Counted from the first letter of the stretch, positions 1 to 9,112 are shown. The stretch: 20,000 nucleotides of DNA from an uncultured virus (IMG/VR IMGVR_UViG_3300025470_000023) (IMGVR_UViG_3300025470_000023); one strand, 5' to 3'. The notes: generated by a model not told the origin, from the sequence alone. Made by a program: numbers and translations.

Positions 1-2
1 AG

Positions 3-3000
3 CGCCTCGCCAAGCTGGATATGAATAACCCAGAGCACATCGAAGCTATTTCCGATGAGCTAAACAAGACACGCGTGCAGATCGAGCCTGAGAAGCTGGC
101 TGCACTGTCAAATCATTTTGATGCTATTATAAAGCCTAGTAAAACAACAGAGCAGAAGGCTTATGGCGCGCAAGGCGAACAGAACATCATTCCAAAAAGG
201 CCACCAACTGTGGACCTCGGAACGCAAAGAAAAACTACAGAACTCTTTAGCCCAGAAGCGCAAAGAGGGATGGAGCTCCTTACCCAAAGGATACAAGATG
301 TCGCCCGAAGTTATACAGAAGAGGGGCGAAACCCGGCGCAAGAATTGCTTAGGCAAACGATACCTACACAAAAGTTGCAACAAGACATATTGGGTCATTT
401 GGACACCCTCGGGGAAACGGTACGAGCATCGGGTGATTATGGAGCAGTTGCTAGGGAGATCATTACTGAAATCGGAGCACGTTCACCACAAGGACGGGGA
501 CGGCTTGAACAACTCACCCGAAAACTTGGAGCTTCTGAGCAGCAGCGCCCACGCGAAAGAGCACCATCACTTACCTCTAGGGAAATGGGCCAAGAACCAC
601 GAGGTGTGCTTGAAATGCCACAGCAAGGAGCGAAAGCACCTAGCGAAAGGCTTATGCACGAGGTGTTACCAACAAAACAAGCAGGAGAAATAGATGCCCT
701 CAACAAGCAAATCTCAAGCACGCCTGATGGCGGCAGCGGCGCACAACCCGTCTTTCGCGAAGAAGGTGGGGATCAAGCAGTCAGTGGCCAAGGAGTGGAA
801 CCAAGCGGACAAGGGGAGCAAGCTGCTGAAGTCGAAGCCCCGAAAGAAGTAGAGGCCATCCAGCAAGAAGCGCGTTCGCTCCAACCGGGAGATATTATCG
901 CCAACGATATGGGTGATAGAGTTGAGATCGTGAAATTGGGTGGTACGCTTAAAGACGGCACACAGTTGTATGAATGGCGTGACCCTGATGACCCCAATTT
1001 TGGTCCTACGAAGATGGCTACTTCTTCTCCTGAAGGTAGTGAAGGCGTGCTCTCTATACATACACTGCTGTCCCCATACCAATATCTTACGCCTGAAGGC
1101 GAACGTAAGAGCGCTCCCGGCGCTACTATAACTAGAGCACAAGAAGCACCTAAAACGGAAGAAGAGCTCACAGCGGTAGAACCGCAAAACCCTCGCGAAG
1201 CGTGGGAAGCCATGCGTAGTGAAGGCGATCCTGACCATAAGGCCCTACCGCGCGAAGCGCAGATTGCATGGAAAAGAGCCTTTGATGACGGCGCTGCAGA
1301 CAAGGCTTTCTTCGATCAGCTAAAGACCGCGATCACTCCAGAAGCAGATAGGCAGGCTGGCGAGACAGAAGAAGCCGTTGCCCCTTCTAAAAAAGACTAC
1401 GATGGTGATGAGTTCCTCTATAGCCGCGGTGAGAAACCAAAAGAAGCAACTAGCCGGGAGATGATCCATGAGACGATCAAGAACATCACTGGTGATAAGC
1501 CTACCGCTTGGAGCGTAAAAATCCATGACACGGTAGAAGATGCACAGAATCATTTGAATGAGGCTGTTTATGAAAAGCTGGATAGGGATTACCCGGCTAT
1601 TATGCGGGCTATTGACCATTTTGAACGCACGGGAGAGCTAGACCCTAATGATCCTTACTTGCCTCGTGGTGGTGTTGTATCTCGTGAGCGGCATATAGAT
1701 ATCCTGCGCGGAATAGCCAGTGATATACGCAAGAATGCTGAAGCTAAAGGGCTTACGGGGTTAAAACTTGAGCCCGATGCTAGAGGTTTCGTGCTGGGGA
1801 ACAAAGCGCATTTCGTTGTAGAAAACATCCCTAAAGGGCGGGAACTTGGGGTGATGCTGCATGAGGTGGGTGATCACCTCGGTATGGAAAAACTGTTGGG
1901 TACAGAACAGCGCTCTAGACTCGCAGCTAAAGTTGCCGATTGGGCCAAGACGCATAAAGGTCTTGAAGGTGACGTTGCTCGCGCTGCTATTGAACGTTCT
2001 CGTGGTGATGAATCAGAACACATCGCTTACTTTGTAGAAGAAGCGGTTAACCACGGCGTTGACCCCACTGCATGGAAGCCGAACTCTGGGTTTAGTGTCT
2101 GGTTCCGTCAGCTCTTGGCTGCATTCAAAGCTGGCTTACGCAAACTCGGTATCAAGAATGTTGATCGTCTGTCTGCTCAAGATATCGTAGATATGGCCTA
2201 TGGTGCGGCGCACCTTGAGTTGCGCAGTCGTTGGCATGGTGCCCCTAAAGACTTCAGAAAATTCCAGCTCAAGTATCGCGGCACTGGGGAAGGCGGCTTA
2301 GAGCCGGGTGATAGAAACGCTGAACACTTTACCGACATGATTGGTTGGGGGCATTACATGTCCGGTCGGCGTGGTATCGCTGAAGAATATCGTGATCGCC
2401 TGTCTGCGCAAGCTAAGCGTGGTACTGGAGCATTAGACCTTAAAGACTATAAAAAAGATTTTGATGTAGGCACTGACAAAGCGACCGCTTTTAGCGATGC
2501 CTATGAGATTTTACATGAAACTCGGGGGGATTTTATTAAGGCTAGGCGGCGCATAGGTTTGCACGCGCAAGAATTCACTGATGCCCTAAATGGAGTGTGG
2601 CCCACACCTAAAAATCTTCCAGATCTTATAAAACAGGCAGAGAAAGAACGTGACCTCGCATTACAGTTTATAGACACGTTTGAAAAGCACGGAGCTGAGT
2701 ATATTCCGGGCGAGCAACCAGAACCCACACTCTATAAACTCGGCATCAACGCCTTCGACCATGAGCTTATCGACTGGGAAAAACCCCTGTCTGAGCAAAG
2801 CCCTGACGTACAGCGCGTAGCTAATCGCGTAAAGAAGAAGCTGGAAAAAGAAGGAGTGCTTGACGACGTTGTCGATACGCTTAATTCAAATTGGGAAGAC
2901 ATCTCAGGTAGAGACTTCTATCGGTATGTGATGCGTAAAGCACGGGATACCGATGCTATTCCAGAGTTGTATGACTTGAGCGCCGTTAACGCAGAGAAGG

Positions 3001-6000
3001 CGGCATCTGAGTATTTGGACTCTCAAGGGATCAAAGGCATCAAGTACCCGACCCAAGGAGGGCAGGGTCCGGGCCACAACTACGTCATCTTTAGCGACAA
3101 GAATGTTCATATCGCGGGTAAGAATGTGCCGCGCACTGAAGCTGAAGGTATTCGCTACTCGCGTGCTCCTGAAGGGGAAGAAGAACGTCCCCCGCTAACC
3201 AAGATTGATCGCAGCTCTACCCTAAAGACGATCGCTAAGACTTTGAAGCGCGCGGCGTTGGCGGTTAGTGATCCGAGTGCTATGTCTGAGGAGTATGCCA
3301 AGTTCCGGCGGCGGGTGATCGCTGAGTCTGCAGGTCTGACCAAAGCTCTCGAGAATGAGCCTACCTACGATCCTGATACCGGCATTCGCGTGGACTATCT
3401 GCGGAACCAATACGACAGTGCCTATCAGTTATCTCTGGAAGGTCTGTTCAATGGTGTGCCTGTGCTTGAGCCTAAGACGGGTGTTGTGCGTATTCAGCCG
3501 ACGACTCGTACCAATCTCGATCGCATCATGGCAGATGCAGCTAAGCTACCGCTCAAAGTCTCCTATGACGGGCAGAAAAAGGAACCGCTCGAAGTCATGG
3601 CGGATATCTTCCGTATCAAGATGGGTGAACAGGAACTCAAAGAATACGAAGAAGCCAAGGTTAAGCTAAGAGCAATCGAACAGTTGCCAGAAGCTACGCG
3701 CAATCAGACCGACACCAAGGCGGAAATGGATAGGCTTAAAGAGCTTATCACTAATCAAGAAAGAGGCATTGGTCGTGAGCGTAATGTCACCCGCGAAGAC
3801 ATTCGCTGGGCTAATGACGAGATTCAACACGTACCGGGAGTGCAGGATATTCTGGATCGTTGGGGTGAGACTAACCAAGAGCTGCTACGTTTTGCGCGTG
3901 ACACCAACTGGATCACTCCTGAGAAGTATGAAGAATGGTCGGAGCGGCCCTCATACATCCCCATGTATAAGCCGATGGAAGATATCCTAGCAGAGCGCGA
4001 CGAGACACCTGCATTCCCCGGTGGTGGTCCTAAGACTGTCGGTAAGCTGTTCGGTAAGACAGGTGCGGCTAGTGCATTCCCTGTGAATGTTTTTGAGAGC
4101 TTGTCTCAGCACTATACGTCGATGATCACCAACTCCATGATGAACAACGTCAAGTATAGAGCCTTCCAGCAGCTTGAACGGGTAGGGTTGGCAGAGCGCG
4201 TTGCACCCACATACAAGGGTAAGGATGCTGTAAAGGCGCGCGCCGCTGGTAAAGACTTCCTCTATAAAGTGAAGGACGAAGAGGCATTCCGTTCGCTGAC
4301 GATGGCGAATATGTACAGCAACCCGTTCCTTGATCTAGTGGCGATCCCGGCTAATGTGGTTCGCCGTACGGCGCTGTTCCTGAACCCTGCTTACTACTAC
4401 AGGACGATGATCCATGATCCTCTCGCCGCTACGCTGACTACGACAGCTAAAGGCGCGATCGGCCCTGTGACTCCTGCAGATGCCCTGTATCAGATAGGCA
4501 AGCGGGCTGCGGGTTTTGATAAGTCGGCTAAGGATCTGCAGTACTACGGAATCAGCGGGCTCGCTAACATGGACGCCAACATGCACCGTTTCGCGCGGGC
4601 TCTTGGCGACTCACCGAAATATAACAAGTGGCTCCAGTACATTGATAAGGTCCACTCTTCTTTCGATGACGCTACGCGTACCATCGTCTATGAGGCGGCT
4701 AAGAAGGAAGCGGCTAAGGATGGCATCACTGATCCGCAGGTGATTAACGATATCGCCGCTGTTAAGGCTCGGGACTTTGCTGACTTTGCGGCCAAGGGCT
4801 CTAGTCAGCTCGTGCGTATAGCAGGTAAGCAGACTCCGTTCCTTCACGCGCATTTTGTGGGTCTGGATAAAATGCTTCGCTCTGCTACAGGGCACGGTAA
4901 GGACTCCAAGGAAGGTAAGGCTCAGCGTGATCGGTTTGTCGCTGGCGCTACGCTTGCGGCGAGTGCTGTAGTGGCTATTACTCTCGCTAACATACGTGAC
5001 AAGCGATACCGGGACCTGCCTATCGGTGAGTGGTCCAAGAACATCATTGCTGGATTTGATGATGAAGGGCGCGCAATCAAGATCCCTGTACCACAGGAAA
5101 TTGGCTTCTGGTTCAAGTTTGTTCCTGAGCTCATGACCCGTATGCTGATGGGCGTTAGTGATAAGCCTGAAGCGAGCAAGGCATTTCACGGTATGGCGAT
5201 AGATACATTGCTTCCTCCGGGTCTGGCTGACCCGATCAGTATCGCGGTGCGTGGTTGGTTGCAGATGCAGACGAATACCGAGTTGCATAGTGGCCTCCCG
5301 ATTGAAAGCCCGCAGGAACAGTTGCTCCTGCCAGAAGACAGGGACAAGAGAGCGACTATCTTTAGTAAGGCTCTGCGTGATCAACTCAAGAAGTATGGGT
5401 TGTCGGAAGACTTCTCACCAGATAAGTTCGACAGCTTTATGCGCTCCTATCTCACTACAATCTGGGATAACTCTGCTCTGGCCGCGACGATGATCCATGA
5501 TGCCTATACAGGCAAACGCAGTCTGTTTGAACTGCCTTTCAACAAAGACTTCACGGAAGTGTACCCCGGCGCTAAGGCATTCTTCAGCAATCCGAGAAAC
5601 ATCTCAGCTACGCCGCGCTTCTACGATATGGCCAAGCCGCTCTATGAAACGCTCAAGTCAGTCAATGCGGCGGCACACGGAGAAATGGATGACTCCGTAG
5701 AACGGTTTGATGAGTTACGCAATGATCCTGTTGTGATGCAACGCTACCGTATGGCGAAAGTGGCGGCTAAGTATCGGTCTAAGATTTCAGCTTTGGAAAA
5801 GGCGATCGAACAGCTTGATAACAGGCAGGATCTCACTGAGGCGCAAAGGCGCAAACTTTACTGGGACCGCATCAAGGATCGCAATGAACTTGCTAGAACT
5901 GCTGTAAATGAGCTCTCCAAGGGCCTAATGCAGGACAAGAAGTTCAAGGACGATGTAGAGAAATCTTGGAAGCTCTCTGTGTCTCCTGAAGACCTCGAAC

Positions 6001-6047
6001 GCGAGATAGGTAAGTTCAAGGAAAATACAGGTGATACGGAAGAATAA
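3..6047 (+). CDS. Giant polyvalent phage protein, probably internal virion/ejection protein (zincin-like peptidase motif, ART-like region, LPD38-like C-terminus); 5'-truncated by window edge
   Basis: The frame is open from nt 3 (upstream of the ATG at 21) to TAA 6045-6047. Motifs: GVMLHEVGDH (HExxxH, ~1860-1877); WHG...GTGEG...GWGHY...DWEKPLSEQ...GIKGIKY...NYVIF (ART-like, ~2230-3115); IKIPVPQEIG...GLPIES...SPDKFDSFMRSY (LPD38-like, ~5040-5600); xYSR domain-boundary motifs (FLYSR, IRYSR). No Cys seen in 2008 aa. Confidence 0.85.
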   Translation, partial: RLAKLDMNNPEHIEAISDELNKTRVQIEPEKLAALSNHFDAIIKPSKTTEQKAYGAQGEQNIIPKRPPTVDLGTQRKTTELFSPEAQRGMELLTQRIQDVARSYTEEGRNPAQELLRQTIPTQKLQQDILGHLDTLGETVRASGDYGAVAREIITEIGARSPQGRGRLEQLTRKLGASEQQRPRERAPSLTSREMGQEPRGVLEMPQQGAKAPSERLMHEVLPTKQAGEIDALNKQISSTPDGGSGAQPVFREEGGDQAVSGQGVEPSGQGEQAAEVEAPKEVEAIQQEARSLQPGDIIANDMGDRVEIVKLGGTLKDGTQLYEWRDPDDPNFGPTKMATSSPEGSEGVLSIHTLLSPYQYLTPEGERKSAPGATITRAQEAPKTEEELTAVEPQNPREAWEAMRSEGDPDHKALPREAQIAWKRAFDDGAADKAFFDQLKTAITPEADRQAGETEEAVAPSKKDYDGDEFLYSRGEKPKEATSREMIHETIKNITGDKPTAWSVKIHDTVEDAQNHLNEAVYEKLDRDYPAIMRAIDHFERTGELDPNDPYLPRGGVVSRERHIDILRGIASDIRKNAEAKGLTGLKLEPDARGFVLGNKAHFVVENIPKGRELGVMLHEVGDHLGMEKLLGTEQRSRLAAKVADWAKTHKGLEGDVARAAIERSRGDESEHIAYFVEEAVNHGVDPTAWKPNSGFSVWFRQLLAAFKAGLRKLGIKNVDRLSAQDIVDMAYGAAHLELRSRWHGAPKDFRKFQLKYRGTGEGGLEPGDRNAEHFTDMIGWGHYMSGRRGIAEEYRDRLSAQAKRGTGALDLKDYKKDFDVGTDKATAFSDAYEILHETRGDFIKARRRIGLHAQEFTDALNGVWPTPKNLPDLIKQAEKERDLALQFIDTFEKHGAEYIPGEQPEPTLYKLGINAFDHELIDWEKPLSEQSPDVQRVANRVKKKLEKEGVLDDVVDTLNSNWEDISGRDFYRYVMRKARDTDAIPELYDLSAVNAEKAASEYLDSQGIKGIKYPTQGGQGPGHNYVIFSDKNVHIAGKNVPRTEAEGIRYSRAPEGEEERPPLTKIDRSSTLKTIAKTLKRAALAVSDPSAMSEEYAKFRRRVIAESAGLTKALENEPTYDPDTGIRVDYLRNQYDSAYQLSLEGLFNGVPVLEPKTGVVRIQPTTRTNLDRIMADAAKLPLKVSYDGQKKEPLEVMADIFRIKMGEQELKEYEEAKVKLRAIEQLPEATRNQTDTKAEMDRLKELITNQERGIGRERNVTREDIRWANDEIQHVPGVQDILDRWGETNQELLRFARDTNWITPEKYEEWSERPSYIPMYKPMEDILAERDETPAFPGGGPKTVGKLFGKTGAASAFPVNVFESLSQHYTSMITNSMMNNVKYRAFQQLERVGLAERVAPTYKGKDAVKARAAGKDFLYKVKDEEAFRSLTMANMYSNPFLDLVAIPANVVRRTALFLNPAYYYRTMIHDPLAATLTTTAKGAIGPVTPADALYQIGKRAAGFDKSAKDLQYYGISGLANMDANMHRFARALGDSPKYNKWLQYIDKVHSSFDDATRTIVYEAAKKEAAKDGITDPQVINDIAAVKARDFADFAAKGSSQLVRIAGKQTPFLHAHFVGLDKMLRSATGHGKDSKEGKAQRDRFVAGATLAASAVVAITLANIRDKRYRDLPIGEWSKNIIAGFDDEGRAIKIPVPQEIGFWFKFVPELMTRMLMGVSDKPEASKAFHGMAIDTLLPPGLADPISIAVRGWLQMQTNTELHSGLPIESPQEQLLLPEDRDKRATIFSKALRDQLKKYGLSEDFSPDKFDSFMRSYLTTIWDNSALAATMIHDAYTGKRSLFELPFNKDFTEVYPGAKAFFSNPRNISATPRFYDMAKPLYETLKSVNAAAHGEMDDSVERFDELRNDPVVMQRYRMAKVAAKYRSKISALEKAIEQLDNRQDLTEAQRRKLYWDRIKDRNELARTAVNELSKGLMQDKKFKDDVEKSWKLSVSPEDLEREIGKFKENTGDTEE
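163..693 (+). CDS. HNH endonuclease (NUMOD3-like N-terminus, HNH core, C-terminal Cys finger) nested in the +1 frame of the giant gene
   Basis: 176 aa. YEHRVIMEQLLGRSL...EHVHHKDGDGLNNSPENLELL...HAKEH is a typical phage HNH core. SFQKGH and GYKMSPEVIQKR resemble NUMOD3 motifs. C-terminal CLKC...HLAKGLCTRCY. Confidence 0.88.
   Translation: MARKANRTSFQKGHQLWTSERKEKLQNSLAQKRKEGWSSLPKGYKMSPEVIQKRGETRRKNCLGKRYLHKSCNKTYWVIWTPSGKRYEHRVIMEQLLGRSLLKSEHVHHKDGDGLNNSPENLELLSSSAHAKEHHHLPLGKWAKNHEVCLKCHSKERKHLAKGLCTRCYQQNKQEK
694..852 (+). CDS. Small basic phage protein (52 aa) nested in the +1 frame of the giant gene; absent from the ORF track
   Basis: ATG 694 directly follows the HNH stop (TAGATG), with AGGAG at 683-687. 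Translation: MPSTSKSQARLMAAAAHNPSFAKKVGIKQSVAKEWNQADKGSKLLKSKPRKK*, TAG 850-852. It resembles, from recall, a widespread small phage protein type MPSxSKxQxxxMAAxAHNPxFAKKVG. Confidence 0.8.
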   Translation: MPSTSKSQARLMAAAAHNPSFAKKVGIKQSVAKEWNQADKGSKLLKSKPRKK

Positions 6048-6077
6048 AAAGAACCCCGCGGGAGTGAGGCGCGGGGT
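6046..6077 (-). terminator. Intrinsic terminator for the minus-strand replication block, at the convergence point
   Basis: 8-bp stem ACCCCGCG (6053-6060) / CGCGGGGT (6070-6077) with a 9-nt loop, followed on the minus strand by TCTTTTT. Confidence 0.7.
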
Positions 6078-6140
6078 ATAAAAAGGGGGGATTGAACAAT
6101 GATTCGACCGCGCGTAGTTTATGAGGCGGTCTATAGGCTG

Positions 6141-9065
6141 TCAATGTTCCTGAAGTGAGCTCTCATTCAGGCCGATCAGGGTAGCGTCGAAGCAATGTGC
6201 GAGGACAGACCCGCCGGGGAGCTTGGTGCCTTTACCTAGCTGACACCGCTCATCGCGCAGGATCACCTGCTCGTCTCTCAGGCCGTTGATGAAGGGGCCG
6301 TAGGGCAAGCGCCGCAGGCTGCACCAATTCCGCAGGACATTCGACGCGATGTAGAGCATCTTGGTGTCTGGCTCGAACCGCCCGACCAACTCACCCGTAG
6401 CTAACTGAGGTGGCACCGATGCCGCTAATACGCCGTCCACAGGGTCTAGATTGCCCCCTACGACCACGATGTTCCTGTGGTGCTCGTTGATGAATTCACC
6501 GATGACTTCGTAGGTGTTGTTGCTAGACTCCTGCTCGATGACTTCCTTCGTATCCTTCACCTGCTCCAAGGCCCAATTCCATACGCGCTCAATGTCGATA
6601 TCATGCAGACCCAACTGCTTGGCGATCTCAGCCCCAGTAAAGGCGCAGGACAGAGCCGCTGAATAGAAGCGATGCTCCTGACTGAACTCAGCCTCTCTAT
6701 CGAAACGGACCTTGATCTCGTTTCTGCGAAGCAGTACGGATTCCAGATTGGGCACCACGAACTTCATGAACTCCTCACCCGCAAGGCCGTAGTTGCCGAG
6801 GAGCAGGTGGTTGAACAGATAGTCAGATTCTTCCTTGGTCAGTGTCTCATCCTTCTGAATCTCGATCTCAAGAATACGATACCGTTCCCCGTCTGAGGAT
6901 GCCTTGAACGACTTGATCGTATCGTAGAGGCTGTTGTTCCCCGAGGTCAGCACCATCGTAGCCCATGAGGCGTTGTTCTTACGCTCCGCATTAACCTGAG
7001 CCTGCATACGGTTACGCCCTCTGTTGAAGGATATGCGGAACACGAAGTCACTGGCCTGCTCTGGCTCGATGTTGGTGATTTCGTCCACGGTCATGATGAT
7101 GTGGTTCAGTACACCGATGCGGCTCTCTCGTGAGAGCGGAGTGTCATTTTCGTTGAGCAGGGCTTCCTGCGGGTGCCCCCAGACGCTATTCGCCGCCATC
7201 TGCGCCGTAGACTTACCTACACCTGATGCTGTGTTGGTCAGGTGCGTGATCATACTGCCGAGCCCTGCGAACTTGTATAGAGCAGACCCGAAGCTCATAA
7301 AGAGAGCCAGTGCTCGCGCCTCGTTCCCCGGCTTGTTGTACGTGTTGATAACTTGCTTCCATGCGTCCAGTCGGCCCTCTGATCGGTAGATAGGCGCGAT
7401 CTCCTTGGTCGCTGATGAGGGTGGGCTATAAACGACTGTGCCCTGATTGGTGATTTCTCGTCCGCCGATGACGAACCGTGTGTCATTGTCGTGCCATCCG
7501 AATTGCATACGCGCTTGCTCCGCTTTGTCTTGTTCCTGTAGAAACCGCACCCAATCGTTGATATATCGACGAATTAGGTCCATACGCCGATCAATCTCGG
7601 CTACACCTTTACTGGATAGAATCTCCTGACACTTATCCTTCTTGGTGATCTGGCTCAGCGCCGCAGTGAATTCATCCATGCCGTCTTTCGGTAGGATGTG
7701 CGCGATCTGAATCATTTCGTCCCGCTCGGGGTCGTTAATACGTTTCTGCACCCACAGGTCATAGGGATAGATCAGGGTCTCATCGAGGTCTTCATCCCCC
7801 GTTTCCTCACCGTCATCATCCTTGCTTTTCCCTAGCTTGCCTTTGATTGCGACACCGCCGTTCTTGGGGCGAAGCCACGGCTTGGGGTATTCCAGAGGGA
7901 TTTCGATATCTACGAACTCCTTGAGGCCCTTGTGCCAGATCTGTTCCTTGAGATTATCCGTAGCAGTAGCCGGAGTGATGATGATCCCCAAAGCGATCGG
8001 ACTGTTGATTTTGCCTCTCAGGGGGCAACCCAAGCATATAGCGGCGCGCCCTTGATGCGCCTGAAAGGTACTGCACTTATGCGGAAAGGCTTCTAGCGTA
8101 CCCTCGGCCTTGGCGATCGTATCTTCCGGGTCATAGGCGGGGTGCTGATTAGAGATCTTGTGGATGGCAGTCTCCCAATCCACGCAACGCCTAGCGATAG
8201 ATAGTACACTGCGCCAGACTGGTTCTGGAGTACCCTCATGATCACGAGCGGCCATGGCGATCTGTTCGCACCCCATGCTACGGGAGATCTTCTGCTTGAC
8301 CTGCTTCCCGTCTTTGTCGGTTACGGTCTCGATCACATCTTCGTAGGTCAGGCTTTTCTTTACGATCTTCGAGAACTTGGCCTCGATATCCTTCTCTACG
8401 ACGGCCTTCATGATGGCCTCATCGCGCCCGGACATTTCCCGTGCTTCGACGAGTCCTATCAGCAATTTGAATTGGGGTAGATCGACAGGCTCCGCGAGCT
8501 TAATGGCGCGGACTTCTTTGGGGTTCGAGCGATCCTTGTTGTTGAATGTGCCGGGCACACGCAGGATACGCGCACCATCAGCCGTGACCACGGGATCAGC
8601 ATCGAAGCTGTAGTTTTCAGACGTACGCTTCAGAGCATCAGCTACTGGCTTCCAATCATTATAGGTCAGCGGTGTTTCGAGCGCCCAATACAGATGGAGC
8701 CCACGCCCTGAATTGACGATCGTGGGTAAGGGGAGGCGAGTCTCCTCTAGAAATGTTTGCAGGGCAAGCATCCCTGCCTTCTGATTCTCATACGGCTTGC
8801 CGGGGCCGCAGTCGATATCCATGTAAAAAGATTTATAACCCTCGGCATTCTTCGCGCTACGCTTACCGGCAGGGTCCTTGAATGTGGCGCAACCAAAGTA
8901 GACTTCGCGCCCAGCTTCCGACAGGGCGTTGATCGTGCCTTCTGCTTCTTCTACGGAAGCATGAAAACTTTGCTTGGGCGGTTGTGAGCTATCGCTCATC
9001 AGCCCCATGATGCAGACATGTCCGGTCGGGGCTAAAACCAGACGGAAAAACTCACTCCTTGACAT
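6141..9065 (-). CDS. DNA primase-helicase (N-terminal prim-pol/RepB-like domain, central Cys cluster, DUF927-like region, P-loop helicase)
   Basis: Motifs SFYMDIDCG, IVNSGRGLHLYW, DGARILRVPGT, CxxC cluster, QFGWHD, Walker A SGVGKST and Walker B MTVDE. ATG 9065 is preferred (974 aa) because the longer track start runs through the upstream terminator. Confidence 0.88.
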   Translation of the reverse strand: MSRSEFFRLVLAPTGHVCIMGLMSDSSQPPKQSFHASVEEAEGTINALSEAGREVYFGCATFKDPAGKRSAKNAEGYKSFYMDIDCGPGKPYENQKAGMLALQTFLEETRLPLPTIVNSGRGLHLYWALETPLTYNDWKPVADALKRTSENYSFDADPVVTADGARILRVPGTFNNKDRSNPKEVRAIKLAEPVDLPQFKLLIGLVEAREMSGRDEAIMKAVVEKDIEAKFSKIVKKSLTYEDVIETVTDKDGKQVKQKISRSMGCEQIAMAARDHEGTPEPVWRSVLSIARRCVDWETAIHKISNQHPAYDPEDTIAKAEGTLEAFPHKCSTFQAHQGRAAICLGCPLRGKINSPIALGIIITPATATDNLKEQIWHKGLKEFVDIEIPLEYPKPWLRPKNGGVAIKGKLGKSKDDDGEETGDEDLDETLIYPYDLWVQKRINDPERDEMIQIAHILPKDGMDEFTAALSQITKKDKCQEILSSKGVAEIDRRMDLIRRYINDWVRFLQEQDKAEQARMQFGWHDNDTRFVIGGREITNQGTVVYSPPSSATKEIAPIYRSEGRLDAWKQVINTYNKPGNEARALALFMSFGSALYKFAGLGSMITHLTNTASGVGKSTAQMAANSVWGHPQEALLNENDTPLSRESRIGVLNHIIMTVDEITNIEPEQASDFVFRISFNRGRNRMQAQVNAERKNNASWATMVLTSGNNSLYDTIKSFKASSDGERYRILEIEIQKDETLTKEESDYLFNHLLLGNYGLAGEEFMKFVVPNLESVLLRRNEIKVRFDREAEFSQEHRFYSAALSCAFTGAEIAKQLGLHDIDIERVWNWALEQVKDTKEVIEQESSNNTYEVIGEFINEHHRNIVVVGGNLDPVDGVLAASVPPQLATGELVGRFEPDTKMLYIASNVLRNWCSLRRLPYGPFINGLRDEQVILRDERCQLGKGTKLPGGSVLAHCFDATLIGLNESSLQEH

Positions 9066-9087
9066 AACGCCGCCTGAACTAAAGTGG

Positions 9088-9112
9088 AAGAAAAGGGGCG
9101 GCGAACCGCCCC
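9088..9112 (-). terminator. Intrinsic terminator with UUCG tetraloop between the SSB-like gene and the primase
   Basis: The minus strand reads GGGGCGG-TTCG-CCGCCCC-TTTTCTT, starting 12 nt after the stop at 9125. Confidence 0.85.

Noticed and set aside
100..860. Group I intron or intein explanation for the first nested HNH
   Set aside because: No Cys/Ser-start and His-Asn-end intein blocks in the host frame, no non-coding flanks for a ribozyme core, and the host frame needs no splicing. An element beginning upstream of the window cannot be fully excluded.
108..5384. Minus-strand ORFs opposite the giant gene (e.g. 714-1238, 773-1303, 4611-5384)
   Set aside because: No recognisable motifs or RBS; typical antisense shadows of a long CDS.
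940..5700. Other +1-frame ORFs in the giant gene (940-1131, 3355-3669, 3769-3990, 4516-4743, 5251-5493, 5497-5700)
   Set aside because: Unlike 163-693 and 694-852, they show no family motif or convincing RBS and have the Arg/Ser/Leu-rich composition of off-frame translation.
6106..6131. GACCGC/GCGGTC inverted repeat downstream of the primase
   Set aside because: Only a 6-bp stem with a 14-nt loop and no U-tract; may be chance.
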